A stretch of 64,000 bases of DNA, taken from contig RXKB01000001.1 of assembly GCA_003963225.1 (NCBI GenBank), forward strand, positions 105,957-169,956, given 5' to 3'. A program made the position numbers and the translations under genes. The stretch is from Candidatus Babelota bacterium. GTDB lineage: Bacteria > Babelota > Babeliae > Babelales > Vermiphilaceae. The notes beneath the pieces were generated by a model. It made no database searches and was not told where the DNA came from. It was given only the letters and a program-made list of their open reading frames with translations. Position 1 is the stretch's first letter. Every line of letters begins with the position of its first letter. Positions 28,501 through 35,762 of the stretch are shown piece after piece.

Positions 28501-31362
28501 CCTTGGCACTTCATGAAGTACACTGGGGCTACCGACACGACCCTGGCTGTTGCACTTAACACGGGTGACGCAGTCATGGTGCTGACGAATGCTACCGGTT
28601 GGGACAGTGGTGGTGGAGTCAACTACTCCCGGCAATTTTCATGGTGGCCTTACGTTAATGCGAAAGGCTACACATACCCAGACTACACATACTCCAGGAA
28701 TGGTTCGTTCAACAACGCATCCTACAGCACAAACGGTACGTGGAACGCAAAGAGCACGAACACCCTGACGCTGACCCAGACTTGGCCTGGACCAAACCTC
28801 CCTGCCGGTACAAAGGTTAGAAACGTAAACAGCAGCGGCACCTTCAAATACTGCCTGCTGTCGAATGTCCAGGTCCCCAATGCATGGACAAGATACGAGG
28901 GGTACATTGGTGGCTACGATACTGCGGGAACAAACTCGGCAACAATGTTCCCGTACGGCACCGCGTTCCTCAAGTTGCTATTCCTGGCGAATTATGCCGG
29001 CGGCGTCTCTGCCATCATTCGTTACTCTGACATCACGCTCAACGAAATTGACCAGCGGTTGCCTGGGTCTGCGGCGCTTCCAGCGTATTCGTTCTACACA
29101 GATCTGGACTCCGGACTGTACTCTGTCGGTGCAAACCAACTGGGCTTCTCGGTTGGTGGAGCGAACGTCCTTACCATTGACTCGAATGGTTTGACTCTGG
29201 CTTCTGGTGATAAGCTGCGAATGCCGGACAATGGAGCTATTTACGACACAACCGGTGCAATAGATCGTTTCTCATACAGCACGAACTCGGTGTACAATAC
29301 ACGAGCCAGCGGGGTGCACGTATTCCAGGCGGCAGGCTCCACCAAGGTACAGATCGACGCGACTGGCATGATGAAAATTGCCGGATCAGTGGCTGCGTTT
29401 GGAACTGCTTATCTGGATTTTTCAAACGCCGCCTCACTGAATACCTCAAGCACGATCTATGGCGTTCTCGGTGAAATTGCAAACAGCGGTACTGGCATTA
29501 TTGTAGGTAGTCGAATGATGCCTCGCGCCGGACAAACCGGCACGATGACCTACATGGCCGGATACGAGGCAATTACTCGTACTTTGGCTGCTGGCACCGT
29601 CGTCACATCTTCATATTGCTATCGTGCATTGTCACCGGTTATCACCGCCGGGTCAATTGGTACCTCTTACGGTCTACACATTCAGCGGCAGAAGCTCGCA
29701 TCAGGTGTGACCACAGGTTACGGCGTCTACCAGGCCGATACAAACGATCTGAACTACTTTGCTGGAGCTACGACCTTTGTTGGAGCCGTCACCGCTGCCA
29801 GCTTCTCTGGTCCGTTGACAGGCAACGTCACCGGTAACTGCACTGGCTCATCTGGCTCTTGCACAGGTAACGCAGCCTCGGCCACAAATACGACGAACAT
29901 CGGTCTGACCGACGACACGACCACAAACGCTGCGATGTACCCGGTGTGGGTAACTGCCGCTACGGGTAATCTGCCTGCCAAGGTCAGCTCTTCCAAGTTC
30001 ACGTTCAACCCCTCGTTTGGAACTCTTGACATAAACGGTATCTCGACCTCGCTGCACGCAATTACCCTTTTTGCGGGCAGCTATCAGGTCAACGTCACCA
30101 GTGGCATGACCCACACGGGTATTTACACCAACAATATTGGTGGTAAGGCAATGGAGCTGAACCACGGTACCTCGAACTGGATCCAGTGGGGAACCGGTGG
30201 CAGTTCTGCTCCCACCTTTACGACTTCGTCAGCTGGTACCAAACTACTGATTCATCCGGAAGTCACCGGAGCGAGCGCCGACTATGCCATCGGTATGGAG
30301 TCAAACGCCATGTGGTTCGGGGTGTCGACAACCAGCACCACCTTCAAATGGTATGGTGGCACCACCAGCATGATGACGTTGTCGAACAGTGTTCTTGCTG
30401 TCGGTGGTAACACCGTGCTGCACGCCGGTAACTACAACACGTACGCCCCTACACTCACTGGTACTGGTGCTTCTGGTTCGTGGGGTATTTCAGTCACAGG
30501 ATCTGCCGGCAGCGCCACTACAGCAACGAATGCAACCAACTCTACAAACGCCGCCATTACCAACGACACGGCAACCAACGCCGCGATGTACCCGGTGTGG
30601 GTGACAGCCAACACTGGTAACTTGCCGCTGAAGGTGACCTCCACCAAGCTTTCATTCAACCCGGCCACAAGCATGCTTGCGGTGGCAGGCTCAGTCAGCG
30701 TAAGTGGCAGCAACGGCGGATTTCTGATCAACCGTCGCGATACCGGTGCCGCAGCTTGGCAGTGGTATTCCAACGCTGGTAACCTGGAACTTTACGACCA
30801 TGTTGCTGGCTCAAACAAGATATCCTGGACACAGGCTGGTACGTGCACCATTTCGGCCACCTCGACCGTGTTCAACGGTGCCTCAGGCATCACTGTAAGT
30901 GGTGGTGCCTCGACACTCAAAGCCTCAGCATTGGGTACAGCGGCCACCTATTTCGCGGTCTTCAACGGAGACCCTGCCACTTCAGGTACAGCGGTTGTCA
31001 CCCGTACGGCAACGCAGGTGCGCTCTGATATCAGCGCGGCCCTCACAGGTGCGGTTACCGGAAGCGGGCTGACCATGAGTACGGCAAGGTTGCTTGGACG
31101 TACTACGGCTTCGACCGGTGCGATTGAGGAAATCTCCCTGGCCAACGGTACGAACTGTGCTGCCACGCTGACCGCCACCACACTGACGGTCGCTATTTCA
31201 GCCACACCTACGTTCACGGACTGCACTGTGACCGGTCGCATGAACCTGCCGACGAGCCAGCCCGGCTCTCCGGTGAACGGTTCCTGCTATTGGGACGGTT
31301 CTACCAACAAGTTCTGGGTGTACAGCAGCACTTACGGCTGGAAGAGCGTGACACTGACGTAA
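25516..31362 (+). CDS. giant tail fibre protein (1948 aa)
   Basis: Uninterrupted 5.8-kb ORF with fibre-like composition and a motif of about 45 aa present three times. Confidence 0.85.
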   Translation: MNFLNDISVSNNITATGTIQSANLTLTGLSTGAYTSVLVENAGIVYKTNLSASLTVSNDTTSNSVVYPLWSAATSGSLAAKVSSTKLSFNPAAASLAIDLTAPTSSVVSSYELAPALAVGNLNGANGRWSYVAGLITGIPTHATLHETDGHSGNFLTHWTSRSGTLTVTSTNAGVTVTSPNAVHTEYVDLGSNDLPDHAPQFSQVNSNGVYSGVVVTFAFDTGLNGVNYQKLHTRATDYETYRPVVGWKALNIGYPTNIKVTVTCSSDGTATTSTVYTDNVIFNGAPVFYGERWVGPAAPCGGSSNNWIRRVSFEFTLPNTTNSVDQARILYLGLLTNHPTSLDTPGLACRNRWCASQNFKDLAALRWESTGSAGPWTAKDHIWGQGGNLHIRAPHTSGRVILGWDKAGTSTAVVAGVYESSVHKLRPESLTENVQLGDTSYLWNGVFTKNRFTSIIPTATDFHFVGSVTGDSFARSTIDFSGKIEWGPGNGARDTNLYRSSANLLKTDDNFEAVGYGKFEGVSISNTASLSNTYGVRVDTSGAGSYSRAFRLANLNTTYSSAGFGAYGTGNTLNYAFIYALSAEAAATPAADYTSAQFQFYPNGRLTLPTNSASAGLQIGSDVVLYRSVAYQAVFTNDLAVIVGASGTNNYALNVTKSWTANRAGEKSAINAAPSYQFASPTSGDIQQCVRANGAWSFTSASSTIAYGVLSYLNFSGSGGQTSVRGFYSSGIIGAGFTVPIFSHYVVQAVSNSGTLTDHRGLDIADLSGGTVYGIKLAVTSGANKYSIYTGTAETYLGGKTTIEGVANTSLVLKNSSSSPWALQITRTDLANTISLFNSSGVWYFNENVSAPVLVSRIATGTAPLTVASTTLVTNLNADLLDGQHGSYYTTFTSNYVQSRLENLITNGSGLLGNNTNFTGWTYDQIETHGGLGSFKYTGTATRYSDEYVPVDPEKYYKLVVWAKAGDTGGTGYDVNNRQYAGVVVYDIDYNVILPWHFMKYTGATDTTLAVALNTGDAVMVLTNATGWDSGGGVNYSRQFSWWPYVNAKGYTYPDYTYSRNGSFNNASYSTNGTWNAKSTNTLTLTQTWPGPNLPAGTKVRNVNSSGTFKYCLLSNVQVPNAWTRYEGYIGGYDTAGTNSATMFPYGTAFLKLLFLANYAGGVSAIIRYSDITLNEIDQRLPGSAALPAYSFYTDLDSGLYSVGANQLGFSVGGANVLTIDSNGLTLASGDKLRMPDNGAIYDTTGAIDRFSYSTNSVYNTRASGVHVFQAAGSTKVQIDATGMMKIAGSVAAFGTAYLDFSNAASLNTSSTIYGVLGEIANSGTGIIVGSRMMPRAGQTGTMTYMAGYEAITRTLAAGTVVTSSYCYRALSPVITAGSIGTSYGLHIQRQKLASGVTTGYGVYQADTNDLNYFAGATTFVGAVTAASFSGPLTGNVTGNCTGSSGSCTGNAASATNTTNIGLTDDTTTNAAMYPVWVTAATGNLPAKVSSSKFTFNPSFGTLDINGISTSLHAITLFAGSYQVNVTSGMTHTGIYTNNIGGKAMELNHGTSNWIQWGTGGSSAPTFTTSSAGTKLLIHPEVTGASADYAIGMESNAMWFGVSTTSTTFKWYGGTTSMMTLSNSVLAVGGNTVLHAGNYNTYAPTLTGTGASGSWGISVTGSAGSATTATNATNSTNAAITNDTATNAAMYPVWVTANTGNLPLKVTSTKLSFNPATSMLAVAGSVSVSGSNGGFLINRRDTGAAAWQWYSNAGNLELYDHVAGSNKISWTQAGTCTISATSTVFNGASGITVSGGASTLKASALGTAATYFAVFNGDPATSGTAVVTRTATQVRSDISAALTGAVTGSGLTMSTARLLGRTTASTGAIEEISLANGTNCAATLTATTLTVAISATPTFTDCTVTGRMNLPTSQPGSPVNGSCYWDGSTNKFWVYSSTYGWKSVTLT

Positions 31363-31383
31363 TCCTCAGGTATATTGTCCAGC

Positions 31384-32409
31384 ATGCGTAGCCTCTACAT
31401 GTGCTGTCATCTGGACAATATGACCGGATACGGACAGCAGAATTGTCAGTTTATAGCTGGGTTCAGGGAGGCCGGAATTAACGTTTCGGCCTTTGCCACA
31501 GGCTTGGCAGACAACCCTGAGCCACTTCCTAGTTATGTAAGGGATTCTCTTGTACCAAAGTCACAGCCTTATCCGGTATTCTTGGTACAACCACCCAGCT
31601 TCCGACCGGAGAGCAAGGTCATAAACCGAGTTTGGTTTATCGTCTGGGAATCTTCCAGGTTGGACCCTCGTTGGGTTAAAAGCATCGACCAAAGCAGTGC
31701 GATCGTAACGCCAAGCGATTGGAATGCGACTTGTTTTTCTGCTTGTGGAGTTGAAGCTCCGATTTATCGTGTACCGTTGTTCACATTACCAGGATACAGC
31801 TTTCACCCTCATACAGAGAGAAACAAGTTTGTGTATGGTTGCTCCGGTCATTTGAATGGTCAGGCCGGTCGAAAAAACCTTTCAGCCGCGATTACTGCCT
31901 TTGAAACGGCCTTCCCTCGTACAGCCGATGTCGAACTTCAGGTGAAGATAGGACAATACGACTACGTCGAGCTACCAGAAGACCCACGCATTGTAGTAAC
32001 GAGAAGACACCTATCAGCTGAAGAAATGCAGAAATGGTACGCCGACTTGGACGTATTCGTTCATCCTTCCAAATCTGAAGGCTGGGGGTTCCAACCCTTG
32101 CAGGCCATGGCAACTGGCAGACCAGTAATCGCTTGCAAATACGGTGGAGTCGCCGAGTATTTTGACGACCGTGTCGGACTAGAAGTCAGCTACAGCTATC
32201 AGCCTGCGCATGACATGTATCAGGACCACGGCCACTGGGCAGAACCAGATGTTGACAGCCTGGTCGAAAACATGCTATATGCTTACTCCCATCGAGATGA
32301 AATGATTCGTCTCGGATTAAATGGAAGCGAGCGGGCCAAGAAATACACCCTGAAAAATACGATGCAAAAGCTGATCCCGGTTTTGGAGAAGCACGGCGTG
32401 ATTTTTTGA
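31384..32409 (+). CDS. glycosyltransferase, GT1/GT4-like (GT-B fold)
   Basis: SEGWGFQPLQAMATGRPVIACKYGGVAEYF matches the E-x7-E region of retaining GT-B enzymes. The ATG at 31384 is preferred over the TTG at 31375. Confidence 0.8.
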   Translation: MRSLYMCCHLDNMTGYGQQNCQFIAGFREAGINVSAFATGLADNPEPLPSYVRDSLVPKSQPYPVFLVQPPSFRPESKVINRVWFIVWESSRLDPRWVKSIDQSSAIVTPSDWNATCFSACGVEAPIYRVPLFTLPGYSFHPHTERNKFVYGCSGHLNGQAGRKNLSAAITAFETAFPRTADVELQVKIGQYDYVELPEDPRIVVTRRHLSAEEMQKWYADLDVFVHPSKSEGWGFQPLQAMATGRPVIACKYGGVAEYFDDRVGLEVSYSYQPAHDMYQDHGHWAEPDVDSLVENMLYAYSHRDEMIRLGLNGSERAKKYTLKNTMQKLIPVLEKHGVIF

Positions 32410-32413
32410 CCCC

Positions 32414-32442
32414 TTGACAAGAAACCAACCTTGTAGTACATT
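32414..32442 (+). promoter_or_regulatory. sigma70-like promoter
   Basis: TTGACA, 17-nt spacer, TACATT, ending 10 nt upstream of the ATG at 32453. Confidence 0.45.
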
Positions 32443-32452
32443 GACCACCGAT

Positions 32453-32863
32453 ATGGCAAAAGTAAAACTGACCAACAAACAAATCCTCAACGTTTTCCAG
32501 GTTCTTGCGAAGCTTGACCCAGGCCTGGATCCTAATAGCCGGACCAAGTCCGCGTTCACTTTCAAGGCAAAGGTCGCTTACGCCCTTGCCCGTAATTTCA
32601 AGCGTCTCCGCGCCGTCGTGGACGATCTTGAAAAGGTTCGTGTCGACACATTCAAGAAGTATCGTACGAAGGAAGACGAAGAGCAGCTTACTGGCGATGC
32701 TGCCAAGAAGTTTACTGCTGAGTTCGGTGAAGTCCTCGACGAGGTTGTGGAACACGAGTTCTACACCATTGATGTTGCCGATCTTGAGCTGGACAAGAAC
32801 CACATCAATGTGGATGTCCTGTCCGAGCTGCTCGACACGATCATCACCGGTGAGGTCAGTTAA
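32453..32863 (+). CDS. hypothetical protein (136 aa)
   Basis: ORF 32414..32863 trimmed to the first ATG (MAKVKLTNKQ). Confidence 0.65.
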   Translation: MAKVKLTNKQILNVFQVLAKLDPGLDPNSRTKSAFTFKAKVAYALARNFKRLRAVVDDLEKVRVDTFKKYRTKEDEEQLTGDAAKKFTAEFGEVLDEVVEHEFYTIDVADLELDKNHINVDVLSELLDTIITGEVS

Positions 32864-32890
32864 CCGGTTCGGTGGGTTAGAATGATAGTG

Positions 32891-32918
32891 GGGCCTACAG
32901 AAATGTAGGCCCTTTTTT
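32891..32918. terminator. rho-independent terminator at the convergence point
   Basis: gggcctaca-gaaa-tgtaggccc followed by tttttt. Confidence 0.75.
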
Positions 32919-33204
32919 ATGTCGTTGCACTAGGATCCTCGTCATCTCCTTCTTCTGTGATTTCAATATCACTGTGTTGTTCTGGTACAGGGTTTGATAT
33001 GTTCTGCTCCAGGTTAGACTCCAGCGTATCGAGTACCATCCCCGTGAATTTCAGTACCCCCAGACGGGTTACTGGATTGTCAGCTTGAACAAAGGTCTCG
33101 AATTGCCCCTGTTCATTGACTGTGACGAGGAAGTAACCTGTCGTAAATTCTCCCAGTTGTGAGAGAAACGATTGTGGAAGCTTGAAAGAATTAGGGCGCT
33201 CCAT
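32917..33204 (-). CDS. hypothetical acidic protein (95 aa)
   Basis: ORF; last gene of the leftward block. Confidence 0.6.
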   Translation of the reverse strand: MERPNSFKLPQSFLSQLGEFTTGYFLVTVNEQGQFETFVQADNPVTRLGVLKFTGMVLDTLESNLEQNISNPVPEQHSDIEITEEGDDEDPSATT

Positions 33205-33230
33205 ACACCTATGTTATCAACCACCTATCT

Positions 33231-33267
33231 AAAAAAAAAGAGGAATGTGGCCGTAGCCACACCCCTC
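33231..33267 (-). terminator. rho-independent terminator
   Basis: Minus strand: GAGGGGTGTGGC-TACG-GCCACATTCCTC followed by T9. Confidence 0.8.
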
Positions 33268-33272
33268 TTGAT

Positions 33273-33704
33273 CTACTTCTTCTCCGGTTCGACGACCCGC
33301 ACCTCCTTCACGCGATAACGGGTATTGCCGTCAAGTGGGGAGGAAAACCCCTTCTCCTCGTAGACGACGCGCACGGTCCTGTTGTGGTCCATGGCGTTCT
33401 GGATGGCGTCGACCGGGTCTTTCCGATCCTTGTCGACCGTAAACTCCCACACATTGGCGGTGAGCTGGCTGCCTCCTTCGGAGGTGACGGTATTGCGCAT
33501 GCCGCCCATCAGCAATTCACCCTCCCAGGTCTTGAAGCTCACGCCTTTCAGGGAGAACTTGGTGATGACACCAACACGACTCCCTTCGGAGTAGGTGGAG
33601 CAGCCCCGGATGCCTCCGAGAACCATTGTGAGGAGAATGCCGACGATGGCGACACAGACGAGGAGTTCAATCAAGGTGAACCCGCGGTTAATTCGACGTT
33701 TCAT
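33273..33704 (-). CDS. prepilin-type N-terminal cleavage/methylation domain protein (pilin/pseudopilin-like)
   Basis: MKRRINRG|FTLIELLVCVAIVGILL is the class III signal peptide motif. The ORF is trimmed to that Met. Confidence 0.7.
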   Translation of the reverse strand: MKRRINRGFTLIELLVCVAIVGILLTMVLGGIRGCSTYSEGSRVGVITKFSLKGVSFKTWEGELLMGGMRNTVTSEGGSQLTANVWEFTVDKDRKDPVDAIQNAMDHNRTVRVVYEEKGFSSPLDGNTRYRVKEVRVVEPEKK

Positions 33705-35760
33705 GGATGAGTTGTGCTGCAATTGCGAGGCCGTCTTCTTTCGTATTGAATTCGCCGGCCAATTGTTTTTCCATGAGCGCGTCAAGTAGTTGCCCCATCT
33801 TAGGGCCACTGGGATACTTGAACCGCTCTATCAAGTCTCGCCCAAGAACAAGAGGCTTCGGCTTTTCGTGCTGAACACCCGCACGAGCTGCCTCGCTCTC
33901 GAACCAGGCTATCATCTGTTCGTCAGGTGGCATGGTAGGCCCACGCCCTCCTTGGTCGTATCGCAGCATTTTCACCAGCTGCTTGATAGGGACGCGTAGC
34001 GCCAACCTCCGGAAGGCCTGCAGATCTGCACCATTGCGATAGAACGAAGATGGTGTCATATGGGCCCGGCAAACTGCCAGAACCTTTTCCACCAGCTTTG
34101 TTTCATTCGTAAGGCGCGCCAGGAACCGTTCTGCCGGTCCGGTGTGATGCTCGTGATTGTGGTTGGTCCAGTGAGGCACTGGGTTCTTTTTCGTTGGGCC
34201 AAACACAGCCGTCTCAGGCTTACCCAAGTCGTGGCAAAGCGCAGCCAACCCAAGCACAAGCTTTTCCTCGTCGTCCTCGAATGTACCTTGCGTAAAGGCC
34301 TCCACCACCAACGCCGTGTGCTCGAAGACGTCACCTATTTTCACTTGATACTGCTGCGTGGAGGCGATACTATTGGGTAAATGAACGAACTGCTCGTCTC
34401 CTACGAGACCAAACTCGAAGAAACACAGTATCTTACCATCAACGGAGTAACGGCTAGAATCTATACCCATAACCGTTACCCCTATGTTTGCTGGCCAGGT
34501 AAGAAAGGCATTGGCATTCACCGGCTGATCATGGAACTCCACCTGGGACGAAAACTCAGCCGGGAAGAGCATGTCCATCACATAGACGGCAACAAAACCA
34601 ACAATGCTTTGAGCAACCTGGAAGTCGTTAACGGCCGTGCGCATAATGCTCTCCACACACGGCTTCGTAATCTCAAACATGACCCGTCCACCTTTTCGTG
34701 TCGGCATTGTTGCACCAGCGAGCGGCCACACAAAGCTCTTGGCTTGTGCGAAAACTGCTGGAGTAAACAACGCCGAAAGAAAAGAACGCAAAGACCCTGC
34801 CGTATCTGCGGCACCGAGACCGTGAAGAGGCAGATTTATGACGGCCTCTGTGCTTGTTGCGCTAGAGACAGGTTCCAGCGCTGTTTTGATTGTGGGCGTA
34901 CCGTCGACCAACTCCCCGGGCCACGAGAGACTAAGCTGTCTCCCGTCGGGTTGTGTCGTGCCTGTCGAGGAAAACGTCGACGTGGCACGCTTTAGCTCCC
35001 ATCCCTCAGGGTGCCATTTGTGATAATGCGGGCTGCCGATGAGCGCAAACAGCTCAGGATAGAAACGCTCCAACCAGCCGATGTCTCGGAGGAAATAAAG
35101 CGCCTTCCGGATATGCCGGCCCTTGAGCAGGAGCTTCTTCCACTCCTCGAACAGGCGTTCTTTCGGCAAGTTGTCTTGCGTCAGCTCTCGACACATTTCC
35201 AGACAGCGAGGTGTCGGGGTAAGATCGAAGCGTGCGATGAATTGCATGCCCCGTAGAACGCGCAACGAATCTTCCGCAAAGCGATCGGAAACGACATTGA
35301 GCACCTTGTCCCGAATATCTCGCCGGCCATTAAACGGATCGCTCCACTCCTCCGTTAGCGGATTGTATGAGATGGCGTTGATGGTGTAATCCCGCCTCGC
35401 CGCAGCCTCTTCCACCGTCATGGTGGGGTCAGCGTGAACAGCAAAGTCAGAATGCCCCACACCAGTCTTACGCTCACGTCTCGGCACCGATACATCGATC
35501 GGTAAGCCGTGTAATTTGATGATGCCGAAGGCTTTGCCGACGACATCAATTCGCCAACGCTGCGAAAGAACTGCTTCCAGGAAATTCGGCTCAATACCAA
35601 ACACCTCAATATCCACGTCTTTGAGATCAACGGGAATACCGGCGCGTTCAGCAATAAACAGATCCCGGGCGGCACCACCTACAACGTAAGCAGTACCGCC
35701 CAGGCGACGAATTTCCATGCACAGCTCAATCACGGTAGGCCACAACACCATAGTATCCAT
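33688..35760 (-). CDS. cca: CCA-adding enzyme (tRNA nucleotidyltransferase with HD domain) carrying a 223-codon in-frame insertion
   Basis: The head motif is GGAARD ... DVDIEV ... RRDYTINA. The HD-domain motif HPEG|DVFEHT is split by the insertion. LCHDLGKP lies downstream. Confidence 0.8.
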   Translation of the reverse strand: MDTMVLWPTVIELCMEIRRLGGTAYVVGGAARDLFIAERAGIPVDLKDVDIEVFGIEPNFLEAVLSQRWRIDVVGKAFGIIKLHGLPIDVSVPRRERKTGVGHSDFAVHADPTMTVEEAAARRDYTINAISYNPLTEEWSDPFNGRRDIRDKVLNVVSDRFAEDSLRVLRGMQFIARFDLTPTPRCLEMCRELTQDNLPKERLFEEWKKLLLKGRHIRKALYFLRDIGWLERFYPELFALIGSPHYHKWHPEGWELKRATSTFSSTGTTQPDGRQLSLSWPGELVDGTPTIKTALEPVSSATSTEAVINLPLHGLGAADTAGSLRSFLSALFTPAVFAQAKSFVWPLAGATMPTRKGGRVMFEITKPCVESIMRTAVNDFQVAQSIVGFVAVYVMDMLFPAEFSSQVEFHDQPVNANAFLTWPANIGVTVMGIDSSRYSVDGKILCFFEFGLVGDEQFVHLPNSIASTQQYQVKIGDVFEHTALVVEAFTQGTFEDDEEKLVLGLAALCHDLGKPETAVFGPTKKNPVPHWTNHNHEHHTGPAERFLARLTNETKLVEKVLAVCRAHMTPSSFYRNGADLQAFRRLALRVPIKQLVKMLRYDQGGRGPTMPPDEQMIAWFESEAARAGVQHEKPKPLVLGRDLIERFKYPSGPKMGQLLDALMEKQLAGEFNTKEDGLAIAAQLIHETSN
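34345..34373 (+). promoter_or_regulatory. sigma70-like promoter for the HNH gene (near-leaderless)
   Basis: TTGATA, 17-nt spacer, TACTAT, ending 7 nt before the ATG at 34381. Confidence 0.45.
34381..34995 (+). CDS. HNH homing endonuclease (HNH_3-like) with a Cys-rich C-terminal region
   Basis: HVHHIDGNKTNNALSNLEVVNGRAHN, followed by several CxxC pairs. Confidence 0.8.
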   Translation: MNELLVSYETKLEETQYLTINGVTARIYTHNRYPYVCWPGKKGIGIHRLIMELHLGRKLSREEHVHHIDGNKTNNALSNLEVVNGRAHNALHTRLRNLKHDPSTFSCRHCCTSERPHKALGLCENCWSKQRRKKRTQRPCRICGTETVKRQIYDGLCACCARDRFQRCFDCGRTVDQLPGPRETKLSPVGLCRACRGKRRRGTL

Positions 35761-35762
35761 GA

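Larger units (their letters stand above)
34333..35001 (+). mobile_element. free-standing HNH homing-endonuclease cassette inserted antisense in cca
   Basis: 669 nt lie exactly between the Gly and Asp codons of HPEG-DVFEH. The cassette consists of a promoter, the HNH ORF and 6 nt. Confidence 0.6.

Noticed and set aside
34333-35001. The insertion in cca could be an intein or a classical group I intron.
   Set aside because: The endonuclease is encoded on the opposite strand. The sense-frame insert lacks intein boundary residues. Only 54 nt lie outside the HNH ORF, too little for a group I core. RNA-level removal by an unknown route is not excluded (see findings).
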